Shown: piece by piece, positions 1 through 13,740 of the stretch | Layout of the letters: the number at the start of each line of letters is the position of its first letter | Position numbering within the stretch: position 1 is the first letter of the stretch | Assembly: GCA_951406725.2 (NCBI GenBank) | Contig: OX597839.1 | Coordinates: 5,394,001-5,458,000 of the forward strand | DNA length: 64,000 bases | Reading direction: 5' to 3' | Source: Octopus vulgaris | Taxonomy: Eukaryota | Notes under the pieces: model-generated | What the model saw: the letters and a program-made list of their open reading frames with translations, nothing else | What the model was told of the DNA's origin: nothing | Databases searched by the model: none | Position numbers and translations under genes: made by a program

Positions 1-760
<760 letters not shown>

Positions 761-1434
761 ATAAATGCAATCACAAATATGTTATATGATAACAAGTGTT
801 CGTCCTTAAATAGCTAGGTAAGAAAATTTACCTCGCTCTCCTTATTCAAGTTACATTTCCCGAGCGAACGGCAACACGATCGATTTACAACAGACAATAC
901 TGTAAAGGTTAGTCTTAGCTGCGTGCAGAACATGTTCAGAATTATCATTGGATATAATATCAGAAAAGTTCGTGAACAGACCGAAATTGAACATGGTGAA
1001 CATGCAATTGTTGGAAGTACAGTTTTTGTCCTTTAGGAATGCCTAGAGAAATGAGGATTCTTTATCACACTGACGTCAATATAAAATGAACACTTTGACC
1101 AGGATAGGGAAAATCACTGAGCGTTCATTCAGAAATCATCTACACCAACAGGGGAGATAATTTATTTCTAACGCTTAGGGAAAGAAATTCGAGAAATCAC
1201 AATTCATCTTTATCTTTTATTGTTTGTTTCAATCGTGTGATTGTGGCCATGCTGTATTACCAACTCAACTCATATAGCAAAAACTGGTGATCCGGCGCGT
1301 CCAGATAAGGAATATATACGTTATGGAAACCTGAAAACTGACCCTATGAATCAATATGACTCGGGAAGGAACTTTAATGATTTTGTTTTCTCTTACTCTA
1401 TTTGTCTCATTCACGGGGACAGAGACAGATCATA

Positions 1435-1472
<38 letters not shown>

Positions 1473-1474
<2 letters not shown>

Positions 1475-1738
1475 ATAATAAATATTAGGGAATAAATCCA
1501 AAATTACAGGGAAAAAAATCAGATTTAGGATTAAATCCAATTTTATAGTAAATTATTATATAATATTAATTCGAGACAAAACCACTATTTTGCAAATCAA
1601 ACAAGGAAAGACTTAATCAATACATAAAAAATTTATTTATTTATTTATTTATTTATTTTATATTAAAATTTTTTTATGTATTGATTAAGTCTTTCCTTGT
1701 TTGATTTGCAAAATAGTGGTTTTGTCTCGAATTAATAT

Positions 1739-1744
<6 letters not shown>
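1473..1744. repeat. TA-embedded element with a ~78-bp-arm inverted repeat
   Basis: 1557-1634 is the reverse complement of about 1666-1744, separated by (TTTA)n; the unit lies between two (TA)n tracts. Confidence 0.8.
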
Positions 1745-1781
<37 letters not shown>

Positions 1782-1794
1782 ATTATATATATGT

Positions 1795-1835
<41 letters not shown>

Positions 1836-1865
1836 GCATCTATATTTGCGCAAGTATACGTATAC

Positions 1866-2097
1866 TATTTCTTTACTATCCACAAGGGGCTAAACACAGA
1901 TGGGGCAAGCAAGGACAGACAAACGGATTAAGTCGATTATATCGACCCCAGTGCGTAACTGGTACTTATTTAATCGACCCCGAAAAGATGAAAAGCAAAG
2001 TCGACCTCGGCTGAATTTGAACTCAGAACATAGCGACGGACGAAATACTGCTGAGCATTTCGCCCGGCGTGCTAACGTTTCTGCCAGCTCGCCACCT
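1866..2097 (-). mobile_element. tRNA-derived SINE family B
   Basis: Matches the other B copies: head with A-box-like TGGCAGAAACG, B-box-like GTTCAAAT, core GCCTTTCATCCTTTCGGGGTCGAT. Flanked by the near-TSD AAGYATACGTATAC at 1852-1865 and 2102-2115. Confidence 0.85.
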
Positions 2098-2548
2098 ACG
2101 TAAGCATACGTATACGCAAATGTATATCCATTGTATATGTATATTCGTAGCTATATATTTGTTATACACTCATAATGTATGTACACTCATACATACTACA
2201 CTCCCAATCATTTAGTGAAGCTAGTTTACATAGGAGTATTAAGTTGCCAACTTCTAAAAGTTCTTCTTACCCGAGAAATACATGAAAATTCACAGCACGA
2301 AAATCAGCAATTGATATTTTAATGAGAATTTAACCATCCTTATCGCAATTACCGCCTCATTTCTATCTTCATCCCATCGCCCCATCGCTTCCTCCAGATT
2401 TCCATTTCATTTCGTATTTGTTCCTTCTGTGTCTTTACCAAGAAAACCCAAGATACTAATATCTATGTCGTATAAATTGATCACACATGTCTGGTAACTG
2501 GTTGCGACGATTAGATTTATCGGCTACGAACATATCTATCATAGATAG

Positions 2549-2584
<36 letters not shown>

Positions 2585-2713
2585 TGATAGATAGATGTGA
2601 GTGTGTGGGTGTGTGGATGTATACATGTATACCCCCGCCCCGTACATACACACAAAAAGACGCTTGCTTTCCAACCACATTATCACAGGTTCAGTCCAGT
2701 CATGCAGTGTGGT

Positions 2714-2750
2714 ACCTTGGGCAAATGTCTTCTAACTACAGCCTCGGGTC

Positions 2751-2786
<36 letters not shown>

Positions 2787-2906
2787 CGTGTGCGTGCGTG
2801 TGTGTGTGTGTATGTATATATACATATATATCTATATATGTGTGTGTGTGCGTACGCATATATATATATATACATGTATATATATATATATACATGTATA
2901 TATATG

Positions 2907-2937
<31 letters not shown>

Positions 2938-2951
2938 ATATATATATATAT

Positions 2952-2998
<47 letters not shown>

Positions 2999-3106
2999 TA
3001 TACATGTATATATATATATATACATGTATATATATATATATGCGTACGCACACACACACATATATAGATATATATGTATATATACATACACACACACACA
3101 CGCACG

Positions 3107-3150
<44 letters not shown>

Positions 3151-3187
3151 GACCCGAGGCTGTAGTTAGAAGACATTTGCCCAAGGT
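2714..3187. repeat. 474-bp near-perfect palindrome centred on a (TA)n-rich tract
   Basis: ACCTTGGGCAAATGTCTTCTAACTACAGCCTCGGGTCGACA at the left is the exact reverse complement of the right end; the internal microsatellite pattern is also mirrored. Confidence 0.92.
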
Positions 3188-3676
3188 TCCGGGCAATGGA
3201 ATTTTGGGCCAGCGTCTTGTACTATGGCCTCGGGCCAACCAAAGCATCGTGAAGATTTTGGTCCAGATGCCTCCTTAATATAAGATTACAAATCCTTAGC
3301 CTCATTTCTATCAGCTGCTTCTTGTGCCCCCTTTGCTCTATCATTCCACCATTCTGCTGTACTTTATTCTTAGAAAGACGTTGACAGTGCGCAGCGCTCA
3401 TCCATCCTTTTAGTTGATATCGTTTATGACCAGGTAGAGTTTTGGCAAAACGCTTCATCAGACGGGGCTACCTTGGAGCTGTTCTGGTTCAGTCATTGAT
3501 GACCCAACTCCGAAGAATTTTAACTGTTACCAGTTGCTTTTATCTCATGACCTACCTGACACATGTCTTCACACACACTCACACTCATACTCACACACAC
3601 ATGTTTACTCACTCATCACTCAATCATCACTCGTCAAGCATTATATAAGTACGTCTATGTTTATTTTATATATATA

Positions 3677-3838
3677 GGCGCAGGAGTGGCTGTGTGGTAA
3701 GTAGCTTGCTAACCAACCACATGGTTCCGGGTTCAGTCCCACTGCGTGGCATCTTGGGCAAGTGTCTTCTGCTATAGCCCTGGGCCGACCAATGCCTTGT
3801 GAGTGGATTTGGTAGACGGAAACTGAAAGAAGCCTGTC

Positions 3839-3902
<64 letters not shown>

Positions 3903-4124
3903 ATGTTTGTGTGTCTGTGTTTGTCCCCCTAGCATTGTTTGACAACCGATGCTGGTGTGTTTACGTCCCTGTCACTTAGCGGTTCGGCAAAAGAGACCGA
4001 TAGAATAAGTACTGGACTTACAAAGAATAAGTCCCGGGGTCGAGTCGCTCGACTAAAGGCGGTGCTCCAGCATGGCCGCAGTCAAATGACTGAAACAAGT
4101 AAAAGAGAGTAAAGAGTAAAAGAG
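3677..4124 (+). mobile_element. tRNA-derived SINE family A (CORE-like centre, internal microsatellite)
   Basis: A box TGGCTGTGTGG, B box GGTTCAGTCC, CORE-like CTTGGGCAAGT, internal (TA)n(TG)n, tail (TAAAAGAG)n; about 10 near-identical copies in the window. Confidence 0.88.
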
Positions 4125-4744
4125 TATATATATATATATATATACCATACAAAGCATAAACACAAACGTTACCTGATGAGTCCCGCGGGGGGATCTTTTT
4201 TCTTTTTTTACCCCCCCTCTACCGCTCTCAGAAAAAATTATTTATTGATTATGTTCGAAAAAAAATAAACGTGTTTGAAATTGAATCCTAGTTACAGGAG
4301 TGATCGATTGATTCCTCTGCAATTTCCCATTTACATTACAATTATATGCAATTCTCCTGCAGCAAAGAATGTACTCAGCAGTCGGTTGTTCACATGATCT
4401 GCATTAGTTGCTGCAGCTGTTGTTGTTGTCGTTTCTATTGCTGCTGGTTTTTGCAAGCGTTGTTGTTGTTGTTGTTTTTTGACGCTGTTACTGGTGCTGT
4501 TGTTGTTGCTGTTATTGTTCTTGTTGAAGATCTAATTGTAAAGCGTACAGCTGTGGTTGTCGCACTTGTTGGTTCGACTTGTTGATGTTGTTGCTACATA
4601 TTTTTGTTGTTTTTGTTGCAGCAGCTGTTGAAGATCCCTCTCATTATCATTTTTTTTTTTTTTTTTTGTAGTTGTTAAATTTTGCAGTTGTTCTTGTTGT
4701 TTTCCCTTAAACATCCTTTTTGCTGTTGTTGCTGCTCTTTCTGC

Positions 4745-5301
4745 GGATCTTTTCGGTTTGAACGCCAGTTTTTTTCTAGCGGTGTCATATGAAATTGTCA
4801 CCCATAATTATGACCCTAGTATCGATCTATTGCATTTCAATCTGTTTTAGGGTTAGAGTTAGGTTTAGGGGTGGGGGAAGGGTATCTTATCGGTTTGAAC
4901 GGCAGTTTTTTCTAGCGGTGTCATATGAAATTGTCACCCATAATTATGACCCTAGTATCGATCTATTGCATTTCATTCTGCTTTTGGGTTAGGTTTAGGT
5001 TTAGGGGTGGGGGGAAGGGTATCTTTTTTTCTTCAGAAATGTAAATAAACCAAATCTGTTTCTTAAACGAGGGACATTTTCATACGGCACAGAATGTTTT
5101 CACCTCAAAAGACGTCATTGATTGGTTGAAATTGCAGATATTGAAGAAAAAACAAAAAATATCTTACAAACCATAGAATTTTCTCAATAAAGCCAAGAGA
5201 AAAAGATGTTTTGTAAACACATTCTACCAGTATACGAAGTTTAAAAGTGTTTAGTTTCGTGGAAATTATTTTTAAAACTGCCGTTCAAACCGAAAAGATC
5301 C
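4745..5301. mobile_element. MITE with ~28-bp TIRs and an 8-bp TSD (Merlin-like)
   Basis: TIRs GGATCTTTTCGGTTTGAACG... and ...CGTTCAAACCGAAAAGATCC; TSD CTTTCTGC at 4737-4744 and 5302-5309. GG termini plus an 8-bp TSD fit the Merlin superfamily (inference). Confidence 0.85.
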
Positions 5302-5449
5302 CTTTCTGCTTCTGTATTCGTCGTCGTACTTGTACTCCTTATACCTGTTGACATTGCTGTTTTTATTGTTGCTGCACCACTATACATCACTGGGTTTACT
5401 ACTGTCGCTGTTAATGCCTTTGTCCTTATTACTGTTGTTGTTGCTGATT

Positions 5450-5817
5450 TGGTTTTTGTTTGTTGAGCGAAGCGGTCTTCGTCCTGGGAGAAGTCCGAAA
5501 CGTGGTCCTTTGCTATTCGTAAGACCCGCAGAAGAGAAAGCAGGTCAACCCCCGACACCGAGAGCATCGACGGATGGATGAATGCGCATCCAGGCTCAGC
5601 GGTTGCGTAGGAAGTCGGGGACAAGAAACAGGAAGAAAGAGTGAGAGAAAGTTGGAGCGAAAGAGTACAATAGGGGTCGCCACCATCCCCTGCCGGAACC
5701 TCGTGGAGCTTTAGGTGTTTTCGCTCAATAAACACATACAACGCCCGGTCTGGGAATTGAAACCGCGATCTTCCGACCGCGAGTCCGCTGCCCTGACCAC
5801 TGGGCCATTGCGTCTCC
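5450..5817 (-). mobile_element. tRNA-derived SINE family C, tail type 1
   Basis: Head GGAGACGCAATGGCCCAGTGG with A/B boxes; same tail as 42199-42572 and 60917-61313; approximate TSD TGTTGTTGCTGATT. Confidence 0.85.
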
Positions 5818-5909
5818 ACTGTTGTTGCTGATTCCTTTGTCTTATTTTTTGCTTTCAACTCAGTTTGTTTCGCTGTCGTCGTTACAGAATCCCCCCCCCC
5901 CCCCCGTTA

Positions 5910-6124
5910 CCATTTAAACTGGCTATATCAGATCCGGATATTCTACTAGCTTTATGTTCAAACCGGCCGGACCTGACCTATAACGCGTACCGCTCAACAT
6001 CATTCTAAAAGCTAGATCACATCATCGAACTGTCGAAGCTACGAGATAATACAAGATTAATTCAAAGCACTTCGAATAAATAAGCAAAACATTAGTCAGA
6101 TTATTCTGAATGCTAAAGGATTAA
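5910..6124. mobile_element. Degenerate TTAA-ended MITE (piggyBac-like)
   Basis: Ends AATGCTAAAGGATTAA, resembling a GGG|TTAA terminus; left end eroded. Confidence 0.3.
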
Positions 6125-7096
6125 TGTTAGCTTTTGTTGATATTGATTCTTTGATCATTTCTGTTAAGCATCTGAAAGAACTCGGGAATACGACGGGATA
6201 TCGAAATTTGCTCACCTATTGAGTGATATGCAATTTCAGGAATATAAGCTGTGCTCTCTGAAATGCAAAAGTTCAGAAAAAAGCATCGTGTTTGGAATTG
6301 AGGACTACATCAAACTACGTAGGATTTACAAGTACAATTGTATATCTTACTTATTCGAGAAACAGCACTTTGATTACTTGGAAACACTACATTATTTTCA
6401 AAGTACATTTGGAAGCTAAAACAAAAAAGTGACCATTGGCATCTTCAGAAAACTGTTAGGTAAAGGGTTGATATTTACGAATGGATTAAAGTCATATAGT
6501 CATATAGCCACAGACTTATAAAGATGTTTCACATTATCAGCAATCCTAACTCATTCATAAGTGGAAAATCGACTTGCCGAAATATTCTCAATTAAGTAAG
6601 AATATTTTTTTTTAAATGTACGCTAAACCTAATGCAAGTACTGATCTACATCGCTAACACCGTATGCGTATGTGTTTGTGTATGTGTGTGCGCATGTGTG
6701 TTTGTGTGTGTGTGTGGTGTTTTGAAATGTTCAATTCGCACATATATATATATATGTGCAACGTATTGACGCTCTAGAAAACGAGTTTCGCCGCTGTATT
6801 TTTGACTGTAAGAGCTTAGTGAATGAGGTAAAATATATGTAATATTGACAGAGATTTCAAAAAGTACAAGTCAATTAACTTTTTAGAATTACTGTATAAA
6901 TTGGAGCTGGTTCCGCTAAGCTGTAATCCATTAAACTAATTAAGCTAGTGCTGACCATCCCCTTAACATCAGTAGCTAATGAGAAACGTTTCTCAACGTT
7001 GTATGGAATCAGCTCATATCTGAGAAGACACGATAACCTAAGAACGGCTGTTTTCACTGGCTCGTATTTCCATCGAGAAAAGCATTTGAATGACTT

Positions 7097-7760
7097 AAGT
7101 TAAGTTAGTTAAGTTAATTTTTTGGCTTAAAAAGCAAGGCCATGTAGGGGGACATGGAGTTATGTACACGGGTGTTCATGCAAAGAATTCAAGATATTTC
7201 TGGTCAAGAGAGGCTTTGAACCGAGCGCTCGTCGGCATCTCCACTATCTCGTCCGGCAGCTTATTCCACGGATCCGCAACCCAGACAGAGAAAGCCCCTC
7301 TCCTTCGATAGAGATGAAATCGTCGCAGATAGAGCTTTTCGGAGTGACCCCGCAGCCTACGCTCTGGAGCAGGAGTGAAGAACAGCTCTTTCGAGAGGTT
7401 ATAGTTTCCGCTTATGATGTTGTGAGCGAGAATGAGATCACCACGGCGTCGTCGCGTTTCTAGAGAATAAAAGTCGAGCGTCTTCAGTCTTTCTTCATAA
7501 GACAAATGCTTGAGACCAAGAACCATGCGGGTAGTCAGCTTCTGGACTCTTTCGAGATGATGTATGTCTTTGAGGAGATAAGGAGAAGAGGCTTGAATCC
7601 CGTACTCCAATATGGGTATCACCAGCGTGACATGGAGCGGTAGGAATATGGCTGCTGTGAGCATTCCGAATGACCGTCGAATCAAAAACAGAAGTCCGCG
7701 TGCTTTGTTGGCAGCATGGACGCACTGAGCCGAAGGCGAAAAGGAAGAATCCACTAAGAC
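7097..7760 (-). mobile_element. 5'-truncated CR1-clade LINE (ORF2 C-terminus, 3' UTR and (TAACT)n tail)
   Basis: ORF 7176-7754 has LEYGIQASSPYLLKDIHHLERVQK...LSYEERLKTL..YSLE.RRRRGDLI, typical of CR1 ORF2 after the RT domain; second copy at 35747-36256. Confidence 0.88.
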
Positions 7761-8050
7761 TTAGACAGAAACAAGGAGCTGCGTGAAAGGATATTACACC
7801 AGTTCGCCATAGAACCAAGACGACTAGAATTCTTGTAAAAATGAAGTAATTTTTATATTAAAACTATATTTCTGTCTTACTGCTAAACTATCAGTGCACA
7901 TATAAATCTGCGGTGTATACTACGTCTCTTGCCTTCTTTTATACAGGTGTCTTACGGGAAATTATGTAATGAGCCCGAGCGACGCTGATGACCTGGAATC
8001 ACCTCTGATATATATATGTGTGTGTGTGTGTGTGTTTTTATATATATACG

Positions 8051-8141
<91 letters not shown>

Positions 8142-8142
8142 G

Positions 8143-8306
8143 TAATACAAAATGGGACAAGAACGCAAAACATCCAGACAGTTAGGTGATACAAAAGAGG
8201 GACAACAAGACATCCAGATAGACGATACAAAGAAAACTAGGATGGGGCATTCGGAATTTTCTTTCCTCAGTCGAGTTCCAGATTATCCTTGCAATTTCGG
8301 CTGGTT
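8143..8306. mobile_element. Unclassified TA-embedded repeat fragment (possibly Penelope-like)
   Basis: Lies between (TA)n tracts; homologous to 8779-8900 (GACAAGAACGCAAAACAT...GACGATACAAA...GCAATTTCGGCTG). Confidence 0.55.
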
Positions 8307-8336
8307 ATATATATATATATATATATATATATTCAT

Positions 8337-8442
<106 letters not shown>

Positions 8443-8714
8443 CGTCACTCATTATAAAGACTCACTCATTATAAAGAGACACTCATTATCGCCATGGGCT
8501 CCTTGAGAGCGGTCAGCTAAAAGGTTTTTGTGCATTTTGATGTCGACATAAGTTTCCTTGATTTTCCTGAAGAAAATCTGCATAATGTAGTCCTTATTCC
8601 TTCGGAATTAGGAATATGCAGCATTCGAAACATATGTCGAGAATAAAGGATATTTGTTAACTAGTCGTTCAACTCCATTCATTCATATACTTATATATAT
8701 ATGTGTGTGTGTGT

Positions 8715-8778
<64 letters not shown>

Positions 8779-8783
<5 letters not shown>

Positions 8784-9140
8784 TACAAACTGTGACAAGA
8801 ACGCAAAACATTTAGAAGACGATACAAAAAACATGGACGGGACATTCGAAGCCTTCAATCTTCAGTCAAGAACCGGATCATCCTCGCAATTTCGGCTGAT
8901 TAATCTTGAGATTGCCCCGATCTGGCCAGCTCCAAAGGAAAATCTAAGCCAAGCGCGTTAGGTTCCTTGAAAGAAAGCCTCGAATGTATAGAAATCAAGA
9001 ACGGGAAAACGGACGATGTTACACGAATAAGAATACAAAAATACGTAAAAACAATAATGATGATAATAATAATAACAAAAACAGGACTTTACAGACAGGC
9101 GTCTTTCGACAGGACGAGTAAACTTTGAGCTGTCGTGTTA
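8779..9140. mobile_element. Second, longer member of the 8143-8306 repeat family
   Basis: Shares blocks with 8143-8306; starts directly after a (TG)n tract; right boundary approximate. Confidence 0.5.
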
Positions 9141-9164
9141 GAAAAATACCTTAGGGCAGATATA

Positions 9165-9458
9165 TCTTTATATATAAAAGAAAGGTTGTGTGTCTATCTA
9201 CTCCGATTTAGATTCCTAACGACTCCCACATTTTGCGATGCAGTTTAACCAAAACCGGGTATCTTATGGTCGTGATTCATATCGAGCCCTTCTGGGTATT
9301 AGCGCGCGTCTACGATGAGTCTACGATTAGAAAAAAACTTTACCATAATTTTTTTTCCATTTTTAATGCATTTTTTGCTATTTTTGGCTATAACTCTCTA
9401 AAAATACTTTATAGTTATTTCCCTTACAAACCCGAGCAACGCCGGGCGATACTACTAG
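9165..9458 (+). mobile_element. Non-autonomous Helitron
   Basis: A|TC 5' end (TCTTTATATATAAA), subterminal hairpin CCCGAGCAACGCCGGG, CTAG|T 3' end, no TSD; homologous to 44554-44949. Confidence 0.88.
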
Positions 9459-9759
9459 TATATATATATAAATATACATAGCTTGTTAGATAGGTAACTG
9501 TTAGCAAATATTCCACGTTTTAGTTATGAGATGTATTTGATGTCTATCCTTTTCGTTCATATGTTACTCGTAGTCATAAACATGTAGCACTTAATACCTG
9601 CTGAATTATTGCACACTTTCAGCTGTTTAATATTTCGCTCGGATGAACGAAATTTCTCTTCCTTATATATATATACTTGTGTTGCCTATTATCGTATATT
9701 TTCAGACACACACACACACATACACACACACACTACAAATGGAGACTGTGCGAGGGAAG

Positions 9760-9893
9760 ATGGATAAATAAGCAGGCAGAGATAGATAGATAGACAGATA
9801 GATAGATGGATAGATGGATGGACAGATGGAAATATAGATAAATAGAGAGATAGGGAGAGAGAGGAAGAGAGAGAAAGACAGACAGACAGAAAG

Positions 9894-9975
<82 letters not shown>

Positions 9976-10065
9976 AGAGAGAGAGACAGACAGACATACA
10001 TAGACAGATAGATAGATAGATAGATAGATTGATAGATAGATGGATAGATAGATAGACAGATAGAC

Positions 10066-10155
<90 letters not shown>

Positions 10156-10278
10156 ATAGATAAATGGATAGATGGATGGATGGATGGATGGATAAATGGA
10201 AATATAGATAGAGAGATAGGGAGAGAGAGAAAGAGAGAGAGATAGATAGACAGACACATGGATGATGGATTGACAGAA

Positions 10279-10371
<93 letters not shown>

Positions 10372-10376
10372 TAGAC

Positions 10377-10434
<58 letters not shown>

Positions 10435-10450
10435 GCAGAAACAGATAGAT
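9760..10450. repeat. Compound (GATA)n/(TA)n/(GA)n/(GACA)n microsatellite field
   Basis: Direct inspection; includes a local duplication (about 9800-9880 versus 10170-10250). Confidence 0.9.
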
Positions 10451-11026
10451 TTATATAAATATAGCTACTTCCACGTTTGAAAGGTTTGTGTGTCTAATTA
10501 ATCCGAAGGTAGCTCGCACTTGGCTGAAAAATTGCTTGATTAAAACAGTGTGCTGATGTGTAAAATGCCCATCGCTTCCTGGAACCTAAGAGAAATTCGA
10601 ACCAGTGATGCGTATATAAACGTCTATACCATGACAACGTTAACACAGGTGATTATGCCTTTTAATGAACTTGACACAATCTAACGAAAAAGCTGAGATT
10701 GAAAGAAAAAACAAAAATAAAATGCCTAGAAATTTCTAGAAAAAGACTTCTTTTTATTAAGTCCTTTTCTCTTATACATTTTATGCTTTTCATTCGACTT
10801 CGAGATATATAATGAGTTGGTATGTTAGGAGATTTCATACCTCGCTTTTGCAGCGGTGTTTTTGCTATCCTCCATTTTGAATCGTAAAATTGCATTGGTT
10901 TTCTTCGTACATTAAGAGCAGTAACAATTGCTAAATGTATATATTCGGAATTGTCGTGGATTAGTCAACGCTCTTCCAACATTATTGGTCAGACGATTCC
11001 AATAATTGAATATATATCTATTTTTC

Positions 11027-11400
11027 TTCTCTTTTTTCCTTGTTTCACTCATTTGACTGCAGCCATGCTGGAGCACCGCCCTTTAGTCGAGCAAATCGAC
11101 CCCAGGTCTTATTCTTTGTAAGCCTAGTACTTATTCTAGCGGTCTCTTTTGCCGAATCGCTAAGTAACGGGGACGTAAATATACCAGCATCGGTTGTCAA
11201 GCGATGTTGGGGGGACGAACACAGACACACATATATATACATATATATATACGACAGGCTCCTTTCAGTTTCCGTCTACCAAATCCACTCACAAGGCTTT
11301 GGTCGGCCCGAGGCTATAGAAAGACACTTTCCCCAAGGTGCCACGCAGTGGACTGAACCCGAACCGTGTGGTTGGTAAGCAGGCTACTTACCACACAGCC
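11027..11400 (-). mobile_element. SINE family A
   Basis: Reverse complement of the 3677-4124 consensus; first few bases of the head missing. Confidence 0.85.
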
Positions 11401-11404
11401 ATAT

Positions 11405-11500
<96 letters not shown>

Positions 11501-11608
11501 TATAGATATTTACAGGTGTGTCCTAATCTCTGTTTGTTGTCTTTTTATTTGATCCTGAAAATATTATTTATGTAACGCACGCATTCATTAACTTTTTACC
11601 CTATATAT

Positions 11609-11683
<75 letters not shown>

Positions 11684-11763
11684 AGATAATATTATATTAT
11701 ATATACAAAATATATACATGTACATACATTCACACATATATCTATATATATATATGTATATGT

Positions 11764-11819
<56 letters not shown>

Positions 11820-11914
11820 ATATATATATGTGTATATATATATATAATATATTATATTATATATACATGTACATACACTCACACACATATATCTATATAT
11901 ATATGTATGTATAC

Positions 11915-11958
<44 letters not shown>

Positions 11959-11995
11959 ATGTATATATATAATATTATATTATATTATATATACA

Positions 11996-12045
<50 letters not shown>

Positions 12046-12585
12046 TAGTTTCACACTTATTACATTACGTACGCTGACAAATGCCAGGCGTACATTATTT
12101 ACTTGAATGCAAATAATAGAACGTAACCCAACGTGCTAATAATTATGAACCCCACCTAATCCGGCTTCTCTAAGCCATAATATACCTTTTAAGTGTTATA
12201 CATAATATACACACGCAAAAATTTATATACCTTTATATATGTGCGCCTGTGCGTTTGTGCCTGTGTGTGTGGGGTCGGTGGGTGTACATTTGTCTATGCT
12301 GTAGGACGTTAAGCAAGTTCTTTCATCCCACTCTCGAGGCGATGAAATCTCATCTTAATCTCAACGACTTACTCCGACTTCAATCGCAATAATTTTGGGT
12401 TTTTTTCTTCGTTCCTTTTGCGTTCATCTTTGTTATTGTTGTTGTTGTTGTTCTTGTTGTTGATGTTTTGTTTTTAGTTATCTTATAATTATGTTTTTTT
12501 TAATCTTTTTTCTTCGTCATATTTACTAATATCTGTAAAATCGTTTGTTTTCCGTTTTTAGAAGTATTCTTCTTCGTTTACTTCT

Positions 12586-12661
12586 TTTCTTCTTCTTCTT
12601 CTTCTTCTTCTTCTTCTTCTTCTTCTTCTTCTTCTTCTTCTTCTTCTTCTTCTTCTTCCTC

Positions 12662-12693
<32 letters not shown>

Positions 12694-12729
12694 CTTCTTC
12701 ATCATCATCTTCTTCTTCTTCTTCTTCTT

Positions 12730-12769
<40 letters not shown>

Positions 12770-12914
12770 ATTTTCTTCTTCTTCTACTACTACTACTACT
12801 ACTCCTACTTATTTTCCTTCTTTTTTTCTTCTACTACTACTACTACTATTTATTTTTCTTCTACTACTACTACTACTACTTCTTCTTCTTCTTCTTCTTT
12901 TTCTTCTTCCTTTT

Positions 12915-12953
<39 letters not shown>

Positions 12954-13230
12954 ATACTACTACTACTACTACTTATTTTCCTTCTTTTTTCTTCTACTAC
13001 TACTAGTACTACAACTACTACTCTTTTTCTTCTACTACTACTATTACTACTATTACTACTACTACTACTACTTATTTTTCTTCTTTTTCTTCTACTACTA
13101 CTATTTCTTCTTTCTTCTTTCTTCTTTCTCTTCTTTCTCTTCTTGTCCTTCTTCTCCACCTCTTCCTCCTCCTACTACTCCTTTTTCTTCTTCTCTTTCT
13201 TCTACTACTACTACTGCTGCTACCACTACC
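12586..13230. repeat. (TTC)n/(TAC)n compound trinucleotide repeat
   Basis: Direct inspection; source of the poly-F/Y/T/S pseudo-ORFs. Confidence 0.92.
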
Positions 13231-13426
13231 TATTCTTTTTTTTTAGTTTTTTTTATCATCCTGTAGTCTTATTTTTATGTGCTTTCATTGCACACAGTTC
13301 TGTGTAACTTGGTTATGTGCTGTGGCTTGTCGTGGTGCTCTTATTCCGCTCGTATTAGAAGTACTTTACGTAGGATGTATGGTGTTCCTGGTAGTGCTGT
13401 GTACTCTATGATATATACATTCGTAA

Positions 13427-13740
13427 GGCGGCGAGCTGGCAGAAACGTTAGCACGCCGGGTGAAATGCTTAGTGGTATTTCGTCTGCCGCTACGTTCTGA
13501 GTTCAAATTCCGCCGAGGTCGACTTTGCCTTTCATCCTTTCGGGGTCCATTAAATAAGTACCAGTTACGCACTGGGGTCCATATAATCGACTTAATCCGT
13601 TTGTCTGTCCTTGTTTGTCCTCTCAGTGTTTAGCCCCTTGTGGGTAGTAAAGAAATAGGTATTTCGTCTGCCGCTACGTTCTGAGTTCAAATTGAGCCGA
13701 GGTCGTTCAAATTTAGCCCCTTGTGGGTAGTAAAGAAATA
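13427..13740 (+). mobile_element. SINE family B with a partial second unit
   Basis: 17-bp TSD GATATATACATTCGTAA at 13410-13426 and 13741-13757; internal tail-to-body junction at about 13655. Confidence 0.9.

Noticed and set aside
3677-3750. tRNA-like A/B box sequences
   Set aside because: SINE heads without a complete cloverleaf, continuing into SINE bodies
3666-3935. Recurring peptides RRASFSFRLPNPLTRLWSARGYSRRHLPK and MRNWYLFNRPRKDERQ
   Set aside because: Antisense translations of SINE families A and B, not a protein family
4172-4195. CTGATGA followed by GTCCC-GCGG-GGGA, like a hammerhead core with stem II
   Set aside because: No GAAA, stem III or cleavage triplet follows
8845-8915. Minus-strand CTCAAGA...GAAA and CTGAAGA...GAAT boxes
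   Set aside because: I cannot build stem III plus a UH site, so no ribozyme is called
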